The notes under the pieces are model-generated. The model was not told the DNA's origin, made no database searches, and saw only the letters and a list, made by a program, of their open reading frames with translations. Position numbers and translations under genes: made by a program. This document shows, piece after piece, positions 10,220-19,505 of a stretch of 42,186 nt of DNA (the stretch's first letter is position 1; every line of letters starts with the position of its first letter). Origin of the DNA: an uncultured Candidatus Saccharibacteria bacterium (GTDB lineage Bacteria; Patescibacteriota; Minisyncoccia; Phycocordibacterales; UBA9973); NCBI GenBank assembly GCA_964408305.1, contig CAYOYW010000005.1, positions 1-42,186 on the forward strand, given 5' to 3'.

Positions 10220-11284
10220 ATGAAAGATGAGTCGGTAGATATTGGTACTCAAATGTCATACGAGGAAAAAATTGAAAAGTATTTGTGTGACGAATGCAAG
10301 GATCGATATGTTATTCGTACTAGATGATCAATAACGGCATCAAAGATAAAATGCTTTATGAAAAACCCAGAAGAGTTCTGGATCAGATACGAGCTTGAAC
10401 TTCCAGAGTTTGAGCCGAAAGATAAACAAGCATTCAAGATGTGATCAGCGTTTGATGTTATGATATCAAGTGGTATAGATAAGTTCTCAGAATTATATTA
10501 CATTGATAAATGATATGTAAAATGAGATCTTATCAAACATATATCCTCTATGATTGATAAATACAAAGATGAGATTATGAAACATGAGAAACTAGCAAAG
10601 GAAGCTATCGAAGAAAAAATCCTAGAGCTGAAGAGCGAATCTCATATATTAAAATGGAGAGAAAAACAAAAGAATATAACTCCAGAAGATGTACTAGAAT
10701 GTCTTACGCTTGATCAGTTGAGAGATATATTTTATGAGGCATGAGATAGAATCAGATTGACTCCAGCTGAAGCTAGAGATATAATGGCTATGTATCATGA
10801 ATACGTTAGACAACCTCTATTTGATAGAGAATGAGAATATCAATGACAACATTATATTGAAGCTAAGTATGGAATCCTTCGTATTACATGAACTCTTGAT
10901 AGATTCTCATTGGAGAAAAAACTCATTAGAGATACAAAAACATCAGGTCGTATAGATAGATTCGAATATGATGTAGAGCATACATTTGACTATATAACTC
11001 AAATGGCGTTCTACTTCACACTTGCATACATACAATATGATGAATTAGAATGTGATGTATTGTTAGATATAGTTTCAACAAGTTCACCGTATGCCAGTAT
11101 CGTGTACAAGGTTAGCAAAAAGAAATTGAAGCTAAAAATGATGCAGGAAATCAAACCGGCATTTGCATCGCTTATCAGATGTTACGAAACAAATGAATGG
11201 CCAGTATGAGATAGAATGGCATCAATAACATCACCATACTATCCTATTATGCAAACAAGTATAATGTACCAGCCAGTAGAATAG
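10220..11284 (+). CDS. PD-(D/E)XK nuclease, probable exonuclease partner of RecT, 354 aa
   Basis: RITGTLDRFSLEKKLIRDTKTSG (D...D/E-x-K core). It lies immediately downstream of recT. TAG at 11282. Confidence 0.75.
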
Positions 11285-11307
11285 CTTTATTATTCACAAA
11301 CATATAC

Positions 11308-11454
11308 ATGATACAATCGTATATCTTATCAAAGATAGCAATCGCATTATGAGTAAAATCTGGGCTTATCAACTTTTTTGGTAACGACATTGTAGTAACC
11401 ATTGGTATTGCAATAGAGATTATTCATACGCTGTTTAAGTCAAGAAAAAATTAG
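11308..11454 (+). CDS. Small hydrophobic protein, 48 aa
   Basis: MIQSYILSKIAIALGVKSGLINFFGNDIVVTIGIAIEIIH. TAG at 11452. Confidence 0.35.
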
Positions 11455-11481
11455 TATTTTATCATTTATTACATATCCACC

Positions 11482-12351
11482 ATGAGACTATTTGACGAAG
11501 AAGGGATACCAACAAAAAAGTTTATTTTATCAATTATATTTGTTATATTGTGATTGATATTATTCTTTGGTAGTTGCTTTACAGTATCTCAATGATACGT
11601 TGCTGTAACAAAAACCTTCAGTAAAATGAATGACAAAGTATATCAACCTTGACTACATTTCAAGACTCCAATCATTGATTCAGTTGAAAAGTTCAACATC
11701 CAAACAAACAAAGATCAAGCTATTGCAGCAGCATCATCAAAAGATTTACAAAATGTAAGTACAGAGGTGGCAGTGAACTACAATATCGATCAAACAAGGG
11801 TAAAAGATATTTACACAAGTTTAGGAAATATGAATGCAGTTCAAGAAAAAGTAGTAACTCCAAGTATTCAAGAAGTAGTGAAAGCTGTGACATCAAAATA
11901 TAGTGCAGAAGAACTAGTTACAAAAAGATGACAAGTATCTATAGATATCACTGAATGATTGAAAGTAAAGTTATGAAATTATGGAGTGAATGTAATTGAT
12001 GTGAATATAATCAATTTTGAGATGTCAGAATGATTCAACGCATCTATTGAAGCTAAAGTTAAGGCAGAACAAGATGCTCTGGCACAAAAGAACGTATTGG
12101 AAAGAGTAAAATATGAGCAACAACAAAAGGTGATTACTGCAGATGCAGATCTACAAGCTCAAAAGCTATCAGCAGAATGAGTAGTAGTAGCTGCGAAAGC
12201 AGAAGCAGAAGCTATCAGATTGAAGTCTTCAGCAGTAGTTAATCAATGAGGTAAAGAGTATGTCCAACTCAAATGGATTGAAAAATGGAAATGAGAAATA
12301 CCTCAATATCAATTAGGATGAGCAACACCTTTAATTCAATTACCAAACTAA
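11482..12351 (+). CDS. SPFH/band-7 (prohibitin/HflC-like) membrane protein, 289 aa
   Basis: An N-terminal TM (FILSIIFVILGLILFFGSCF) is followed by GYVAVTKTFSKMNDKVYQPGLHFKTPIIDSV...VVTPSIQEVVKAVTSKYSAEELVTKRG and a coiled coil AEQDALAQKNVLERVKYEQQQK. Verified codon by codon. Confidence 0.85.
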
Positions 12352-12352
12352 T

Positions 12353-12601
12353 ATGAAAAAATGTTTTACAATAATAGAATTACTAATAGTATTTGTAATC
12401 ATTGGTATTCTTGCTGCTGCACTGATTCCTAGATTACATAGTATAAATAAGGGAACAGAGGAATATAGAGTATGAAATAATGCTATATGCTACTGATTTT
12501 ATGGTAAGATTGTTAAAAAATCAGAAAAGAAACTAGTAATTGAAACCAAAGTATGAGAGGAGAAAGTATTCTCTTCTTATGAATGTGAGAAGACAGACTA
12601 A
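12353..12601 (+). CDS. Type IV pilin-like / pseudopilin-like protein, 82 aa
   Basis: MKKCFTIIELLIVFVIIGILAAALIP is a class-III (prepilin) signal with Glu+5, but Cys replaces the usual Gly at -1. Confidence 0.75.
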
Positions 12602-12623
12602 TTTTATATTATTTTACGAAACC

Positions 12624-13286
12624 ATGTTCCAAAACATTGTATACCGTTGACTCAAAAGTACAACGAAGGAGTGAGAAGTAATTGATATTGCGATACCAGG
12701 ATATGATAATCCGATTGGTGAATCAAAGTTCCTAATCAAAGCTAGGAGAAAAGCAGTTGATGAGCAATCTATTGAAAACGGAGTGAAAATACTCTACTCA
12801 GATAGACTCAATAATCTCATTGATGATCCTGATAATATCCGCAGAGAAATGAAAAAAGAATTGGATGATCGTATCTACAAAGCATGGGAGGAATGGCAAA
12901 AACTCCCAAAAGCTATGATTTTTGAAGTATTTATTAGAAAGGTAGAAAGAAAGAGTGGACATACATATTTGTTATGTTCAGTAAGTCTACCAGTAGCTAG
13001 ATACTTCATAGAAAACAAGGAAAAAATACATAGAATGGAGTTCGACTTTGAAAAGATACCATACTTCACGTTTGATACTGATATGGCTTGATTCATTAGA
13101 GAAAGAGTAAATCTATTCAATGATGACTACACAGTAAAATCTGGACCAGAAAACAAAACACAATCTCCTCAGATAAACAAAGAGGACTGGGCTATCTATG
13201 ATAAAATCGAATTAGCTGATCCAGAGAAAACAGAGGGAAGAGTGAAACCAATTAGAAAAGTAACACCTACAAAGAAAAAGAAATAA
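12624..13286 (+). CDS. Hypothetical protein, 220 aa
   Basis: ATG at 12624 to TAA at 13284. Contains the track ORF 12783..13091 in the same frame. Confidence 0.65.
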
Positions 13287-13313
13287 TTTACATATTTTTT
13301 CACTCAACCCTCT

Positions 13314-14009
13314 ATGGATAAAAAGGTAGTCATACTTGACACAGAAACAAACTGATTCGTACATAATGAGATTATACAATTAGCGTATGTTATGGCACAT
13401 TGATATTGATATAATTCTCTCCGAGAAAGAAGTATATACTTTTCGGCAGAAAACCCCATTGATATAGAAGCCATGGCAGTACATCATATTACAGAGGATA
13501 AAATCTTTACAATGCCTAGGTTTTCATTAGACTCACTAATCCAAGCTATATGAGAAGATTCTATCATTGTAGCACACAACGCTCAATTCGATATAGGCGT
13601 TCTCCGTAAATATGGAGAAGTAAAAAATCCACACATCTGTACTATGAAACTTGCAGTATCTCTACAGAGATGGCCAAAAGTATCATTGCAATATCTAAGA
13701 TATGCTATATGATTATCTCAGGAATGAAAAGCACACGATGCTCTATGAGATGCAGTAATATGCCATAAGTTATTTGAGCATCTAAGAGACACAATCATTG
13801 CAGAGAAAGGTATGTCACTGGATGAGTTCTATGACTACGCCATAGGATTGAGTATGAAAGATATGTTCAACTTCGGTAAGCATAAATGAAAGTTTATGGA
13901 GGAAGTAAAAAAGGAGGATCCATGATATTTCAGATGGCTTATCGATGCAGAGAATAGAAAAGAAAGTCCAGACCAGACACAAATATGAGTATGGCAAAAG
14001 TATCTTTAA
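13314..14009 (+). CDS. DEDDh 3'-5' exonuclease (DnaQ/epsilon-like), 231 aa
   Basis: VVILDTETNG (Exo I), IIVAHNAQFDIGVL (Exo II), HDALGDAVI (Exo III) and a C-terminal FGKHKGKFMEEVKKEDPGYFRWL. Confidence 0.88.
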
Positions 14010-14018
14010 CATTACGAA

Positions 14019-14276
14019 ATGCCTATGATGTATAAATTAGATTTACCCAAGTTCAACAGACTAGTGAAGATGTATAGGGCAAAAAAATGAGAATGACATC
14101 ACATCCAACCTATTAGAGATTTTATGAAAGATGTATGAATCAACTGAATGCGTAGCTTGTATAATATCATGGAGAAATGAATTATACAAGAAAGAACCAA
14201 GGACAAGTTAGAAAACTTTTTCAAGGAAGCATTGAAAAGACCTCATTTTAGATTGCCTCTAAAAAAGACCAAGTAA
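14019..14276 (+). CDS. Hypothetical protein, 85 aa
   Basis: ATG at 14019 to TAA at 14274. Confidence 0.45.
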
Positions 14277-14297
14277 TCTTTACTATTCACCACTAAC

Positions 14298-14567
14298 ATG
14301 AGCATCACAGATAGACAAGCCATGTACTTCAAGACTATCCAAGCTCTAGTGGATGATGCTGCAGCACACTGAGAAGTCCTCATGATCTGAATATACATGA
14401 GAGATCCTATAGACACCTCTCCTATGAATCCGATGGGGAGGTTGTCATATAGTATGATGGCCACAAACCATACGGACTATGATAGACTCATGCTACCAGC
14501 AACAGTGAAGCTAGAAATGGACACAATGAGAGTTACAGATCATTTTGATACAAGAAAAAAATTATAG
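14298..14567 (+). CDS. Hypothetical protein, 89 aa
   Basis: ATG at 14298 to TAG at 14565. Confidence 0.45.
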
Positions 14568-14593
14568 TTTTTAATTGTTCCCCAATATAATCC

Positions 14594-14917
14594 ATGAAAA
14601 TCAACTTCAAAACCCCTATCATGAAAGTAGACAATACTGTATTCTCTGAAACAAAGGACGGAGAAACGATACCGTATATGCTCAACGAAACACTTGCAAA
14701 TGATGTATTAGCTGATGCACCTAATGCAACAGATAACGCCATCAAGTTTACTGAGTGGGCTGAAATGCTACACAAAACATGAGAGCTAAATATAGATTCA
14801 ACTGATGCTAAAATCCTGGAACAACTTATCAAAGATTCTGGACTCAGAACATTCATCAAATGACAAGCTCTAAAGTTGATAGATGCAGCAAGATTATGAG
14901 CATCTATTTCAGCATAA
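14594..14917 (+). CDS. Hypothetical protein, 107 aa
   Basis: Extends the track ORF 14594..14782 through three TGA codons to TAA at 14915. Confidence 0.55.
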
Positions 14918-14923
14918 AAAAAG

Positions 14924-14989
14924 CCCTACCGTTAATACGATAGGGTAGCCCTGATTCGCAGGGTATACGTGTTGCACATAAAATGCAAC
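14924..14989. other. Three tandem hairpins at the convergence point of rightward and leftward transcription
   Basis: ccctaccg/cgataggg (one mismatch), ccctg/caggg, and gttgca-cataaaa-tgcaac. Confidence 0.5.
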
Positions 14990-15022
14990 CGCTATATATG
15001 AATAAAAATACATAATGCAAGA

Positions 15023-15682
15023 CTATCGCCTGAAGCTAAAATCTCAGGTGATTTTTTTGTTATGGATCATTCACATACAATTCAATACATTTACTTCCCA
15101 ACTACTTGTAGATGTAGCATAGAATGGAGCCGTACCTCAAGAGTATGGAGATAGATCTCATATAGTTTGCTTTCACTTTAGATATGATCAATTCAACACC
15201 CATCATATAGCATTGATACCTTGTTCTATATTCTTGAATCAAACCTTGTCACCACGATCATTATTACCTACATTCCCCCAGTTAAAAGGAGTCTTGAGAT
15301 GTTTACCTATTGACGTATCGGCGTATGTTATACATAGTAAAACTTCTGGATATACTTGGTGAATACGTGCAGTATGAATAAATGTACTCCATACAGCAGC
15401 TCCGCTTTGTCAGTAATCATTCAATAATTCTATAGCTCTTGCATCCCTACCTTTTCATTGCAAATCAGTGTATTTTTGAGATTTACCATTTTCATTCAGT
15501 AGCCATCGATCAGTAGGTTTTGTTGTTATTATTTCATCAGAAGGTAATCATATTTTGTCATTGTGCATCCAATCAGCCAGAACTGATCTACCAAATAGCA
15601 AAGTCACTACAATTCACACTATGAGAACTAGCTTTTGAGACGTTTTATTTATTGTTACTGGAACATATATTGTTTGTTTCAT
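15023..15682 (-). CDS. Membrane-anchored or secreted protein, possibly lysozyme-like, 219 aa
   Basis: All 220 minus-strand codons were checked, with no TAA or TAG. N-terminal TM LVLIVGIVVTLLF, then CITYADTSIGKHLKTPFNWGNVGNNDRGDKVGFKNIEQGINAIGWVL, which resembles glucosaminidase/transglycosylase-type motifs. The function is tentative. Confidence 0.65.
15027..15058 (+). terminator. Rho-independent terminator ending the early rightward arm
   Basis: cgcctga-agctaaaatc-tcaggtg followed by a T7 run. It overlaps the 3' end of the convergent minus-strand gene. Confidence 0.7.
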
Positions 15683-16044
15683 TAGTCTAATAGTTTAGGA
15701 GATAAAATGAGTGCTGATTCCATAGAGTCAAAATCCATCAATAAGATTTGATGACGTATTCTTTTCCCAATAGGATTGATAACTGATAGAGCTACTTTGT
15801 TTCCTTCAGCTCTTACTGGTCAAAGAACTACACATTGTTTACAAGTAATATCTACTACTTGCATAATTTCCTTCTTGTGATCTTGGAGTGTTGTTTCACT
15901 GATGGTAGTACATGAGTGAAATCGTGCGATAAGTGCTAATAACATGTTTGTATAAATAACGAAATAAATATCGTGTGATATTAGTATAGTCAGAAAAATA
16001 ATCTTGTCAAAAAATTGAATACTTTTTTCAAAAACCCCTTGCAA
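15682..16044 (-). CDS. Hypothetical protein (120 aa from TTG at 16044; 87 aa if the ATG at 15945 is used)
   Basis: The track ORF 15820..16044 extends through one TGA to a TAA that shares one nucleotide with the downstream ATG (TAATG coupling). No family recognised. Confidence 0.5.
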
Positions 16045-16066
16045 ACCATATAGGGAATTGTATGTT
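16039..16066 (+). promoter_or_regulatory. Promoter TTGCAA-N16-TATGTT (copy 3), start of the late rightward arm
   Basis: ccccTTGCAAaccatatagggaattgTATGTT, placed back to back with the leftward cassette. Confidence 0.5.
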
Positions 16067-16096
16067 AGTAGTAATTTACTTTTTACTAAACGCCCT

Positions 16097-16501
16097 ATGA
16101 CTGATACAACAAACGCAGAATTGGCTCAACAAAGCCAATCTGAAACTACTGCACAAAAAGACACTAATGTTTCAGAACAAGCATTTAGTTCTCCTTCAGA
16201 AGAAGTTGCAACAACAGAAACTCAAAACACATCTGATGTGCAACAATCAGAAGGAACAGATCCATCTACATTGCCTCAAGAAAACAAACTCAATGGAGTA
16301 GAGTTCGGAGGACAAAGTACACCACAAACTCCAGTGAATGCAGAAACAGGAGTGCCAGTTACAGTAGATAACGGTCAAGAGAAGGAAGAGGAAGTTGCAA
16401 CAGCACCATCTGAACATCCAACGTATAAGAATGCTGAGACAGGACAACCAGTTCCATCTGATACTCCAGTAGCAACAACAACTGAAGAAAACCCAGCGTA
16501 G
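16097..16501 (+). CDS. Acidic, T/Q/E/P-rich low-complexity protein, 134 aa
   Basis: MTDTTNAELAQQSQSETTAQKD...TTTEENPA. It has no in-frame TGA and ends in TAG. The ATG at 16097 was chosen over the TTG at 16058. Confidence 0.6.
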   Translation: MTDTTNAELAQQSQSETTAQKDTNVSEQAFSSPSEEVATTETQNTSDVQQSEGTDPSTLPQENKLNGVEFGGQSTPQTPVNAETGVPVTVDNGQEKEEEVATAPSEHPTYKNAETGQPVPSDTPVATTTEENPA

Positions 16502-16592
16502 ATTTATTCATAACATCCCATCCAATATGAAAAAAGGTACAAAGGGTTGAAAGTGAGGAAAAAAATGATGCTAATACATCTCTCGGCCATGG

Positions 16593-16702
16593 GCTGAGAC
16601 TGATGGCTATACGAAAGTATAGAACAATCCAGGATTTTCGCCTGGCTTAGGTAGCTTGCTACATTGTTGTGGAGGTGAATACTAGCACCCATCGCTCTCA
16701 GC
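16593..16702 (+). ncRNA. Candidate structured RNA (multi-stem element closed by a 7-bp helix)
   Basis: The closing helix gctgaga(16593-16599)/tctcagc(16696-16702) encloses four hairpins: ctatac-GAAA-gtatag, ccagg-attttcg-cctgg, gtag-cttg-ctac and ggtg-aatactag-cacc. It sits in a 230-nt gap with no credible code-25 ORF. Confidence 0.3.
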
Positions 16703-16731
16703 TTATAGTTTTACAAATAATCAACGCCTTG

Positions 16732-17019
16732 ATGAAACAACTAAGAACACGGATCATTGTCATTTGACTAATTGCATACATTGTCTACCAAAGCAGAGTG
16801 ATTGCACAAATGGGAAAGAAACAGGAGGAAATCGTGCAAGATAATATCATCACATGTCAGAACTTTTCAACTGCGGTATGCAAAAACACAGCGTACAACG
16901 ATATCCTTGCAGTAATGGAGATGAGGAAGAACTATTGCATACAACAATCTAGGATCATGTACTACGAATCAGAGGAAGATAGATTCTTCCAATTCGCAGA
17001 CTGTACAGTCAAAAGATAA
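16732..17019 (+). CDS. Hypothetical small membrane protein, 95 aa
   Basis: MKQLRTRIIVIGLIAYIVYQ (TM). The track ORF 16798..17019 is in the same frame. TAA at 17017. Confidence 0.5.
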
Positions 17020-17045
17020 TCATATTTATTTTCTTTTATCACAGC

Positions 17046-17918
17046 ATGGGGGGAAGGCCAGAAGAAGAGATAGTCGAGGGAGGCGAGGACGTGCTGGATA
17101 ATTTAGACATAAAACAGAAGCCCAAGAGAAAAGGTCCAGAGAAGCCAAAGGAAGGAGAACTCCGAGAGACAAAGATCCGATACAAACCAAAGGATCCAGC
17201 AGATTACACAGAACCACAAATCTACCCATCTGATTACGTCACAGTCACACAAGAGATTTACAGGCGTAGAAAATCAGGACAACCTCCAATACGAGAGGAC
17301 GAGCAAGCATGTACAGAGGCAATAAACACATACCTTGAAAGATGCTTTGAGAAAAAGAAAGTCCTAGAGGAAGAACCAATAGAATCAGAAACCTGAAACG
17401 TCTATGTAAAACAGAAAGTAGTAGAGAAGATTGTTATGAAGAGCTTGCCAACAGTAACTGGTATTGCTTTTTTTCTATGATTAGACAGAAGAACTTTATT
17501 GAACTACTGCAAAAAAGAAGAATACTTTCCCGCGGTGATATGATTTGTGAGATTAGTGGAGCAAATGACAATTCAGGAATGAATGAAATGAAATCTAAAT
17601 ACAAAGATAATATCAATGCTACTAACAAACAATTATGGCTACAGAGACTCAGTAAAAGACAAAGACGATGAAGACAAATGATTCGGATTGTGAGATATTA
17701 TTTGAGCTATTATGCAAGCAAACGAAGCGAAAAGGGAAATGGATTATGCCAAACAGAAGGAAAGTATTACTCCATGAGAGGCAGAAAAAGCATCCAAAAC
17801 GATAGAGCATATTGACATTTCACAAAAACAGGAAACACAATGAGTACCTATGGTTTGAGTGGAGTGAGACAAGAATGCTCCAGCGGAGAAACACACGCCA
17901 ACATTTTATCGCAAATAA
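17046..17918 (+). CDS. terS: Terminase small subunit, 290 aa
   Basis: A charged N-terminal extension is followed by the HTH SLPTVTGIAFFLGLDRRTLLNYCKK and ...SMLLTNNYGYRD. Verified codon by codon. TAA at 17916. Confidence 0.8.
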
Positions 17919-17927
17919 TGTCAAGTC

Positions 17928-19469
17928 ATGGAAAACAAGCTAGATGCTAACCAGCAACAAATGCTCAAGAAGCTATGAGACAAACGATGGAGACTCACAT
18001 CAGGAATGATCTACAAGATCAAAGAGAAGGATGGAGTTATTAGGCCATTCATACCAAATGCACATCAGTTGCAGTTTTTCCGTTTAAGAATGCTATACAA
18101 TAAAATTGTTATTCCAAAGTCTAGGCAACTTGGTATGTCTACAGCGGAACAGATAGACGACTTCGATGATGCACTATTTATGAGAAACATCACAATCGGT
18201 ATCATTGCCGATACAAAAGATACAGCAAGGATGATCTTTACAGATAAAATCAAAGTCCTATGGGATAACTTGCCACCACGATTGAAATATGTGAACTGAG
18301 TGAGTTGAAAAACAAATTGGGTACTAAATACAGATACGACAAATCAGTTATCATTTGAAAATACATGATCGACTATTTACGTAGGTACATCTTTCCGTTG
18401 AGGTACATTGCAAAGACTCCATGTATCAGAACTATGAAAGATTGGATCTAAATACCCTATGAAGGCCAGGGAAATAGTCACAGGTTGATTCGAAGCGGTT
18501 TGACCAGCAGGAAAGATTACAGTGGAAAGTACATCAATGGGTGCTGAAGGTCCATTCTATGATATTGCCAAAGCAGCGTATGATCTGGATTTATCTTGAG
18601 GCGAACCAGGTCCAATGGAGTTCAAGCTATTATTCTTGCCACGGTTTATTGAAAACACATATAGGAGTAATGATACAATCATGTTCACATTGCCAGAGGT
18701 ACAATACTTCAACGATTTGAGAGACAAATGAATATATCTGGACAAGATGCAAATGACATGGTACGCATTGAAACGCAGAGTGCTGAAGGAAGATATGTTC
18801 AGAGAATATCCATCAACATTCGAAGAGGCGTTCATGCTTATTACAGAGTGAAGCTATTACGAGAAAGAAATCAACCAAGCTAGGACATCAAAAAGGATAT
18901 GTAGAACGGCTTATGATCCTAACCTTTTAGTGCATACTGCATGGGATTTATGATGAGCTTGAGGTTGAGACGATACGAGCATCCGATTCTTTCAAGTATA
19001 CTGACATGAAATACGTATCATTGATTATTGGGAGTGAAACCGTATGAGTCTAGTTGCAATCATTGAGCAAATCATTAAGACGAAGGGGTACAAATACTGA
19101 AAACACTTCTGACCACATGATATGATGGTAACTGAATATAGCTCTTGAGTGACAAGATATGATACAGCACTCAAACAATGAATTGAGTTCACTGTACTAG
19201 AGAAGAATGCTATCAAAGAAGGTATAGACAATGTGAGAAACATATTCCCAAAATGCTACTTTGATGAGGAGAAAACAAAAACGTGAATCCAACATCTATC
19301 AAGATACCGCAGATCCTTCAATGAGAAACACTGAGTTTATACGGATCAGGTAGAAAAGAATGGATCACAACATGCTGCGGATGCTTTCAGATATCTTGCG
19401 ACATGAATACTAGACATCATGGTAGAGGATAGAGAATCATTTGTTTACAATCCTAACTATAACTACTAA
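17928..19469 (+). CDS. terL: Terminase large subunit, 513 aa
   Basis: An ATPase half (IVIPKSRQLGMST...IIADTKD...RLHVSELGKIG) and a nuclease half (HTAWDLGGAGGGDDTSIRFFQV...GSQHAADAFRYLA). TAA at 19467. Confidence 0.9.
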
Positions 19470-19471
19470 TT

Positions 19472-19478
19472 CTGGGGG
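19472..19478 (+). promoter_or_regulatory. CTGGGGG motif, 27 nt upstream of the portal ATG
   Basis: ttCTGGGGGtATTTAtataatacc... Confidence 0.4.
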
Positions 19479-19505
19479 TATTTATATAATACCAAAACAT
19501 CTAAT

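Noticed and set aside
14924-14989. A possible tRNA (including a suppressor with a UUA-like anticodon loop on the minus strand)
   Set aside because: The region forms three independent hairpins with no acceptor stem, no canonical D or T loops (the loops are 5-7 nt without a TTCRA sequence), and a pyrimidine at position 37. It is better explained as a terminator cluster between convergent genes.
15682-16044. The leftward cassette as a lysogeny repressor module
   Set aside because: No helix-turn-helix motif was recognisable, and no integrase, excisionase or attachment-site-like repeat was found anywhere in the genome.
16526-16573. A mini-ORF, MKKGTKGGKGGKKGC
   Set aside because: It is 15 aa of Gly/Lys low complexity inside a region with strong RNA secondary structure, and there is no supporting signal.
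16600-16625. A hammerhead-ribozyme-like CTGATG...GAAA arrangement
   Set aside because: The core is incomplete: there is no A9, the stem II closing pair is reversed, and no GAAA follows stem II. Here the GAAA is simply a hairpin tetraloop.
16648-16650. Possible TAG read-through joining MAIRKYRTIQDFRLA to the 16732 ORF frame
   Set aside because: TAG cleanly terminates several well-supported genes (cca, portal, capsid and the giant ORF). An ordinary ATG at 16732 explains the downstream ORF.
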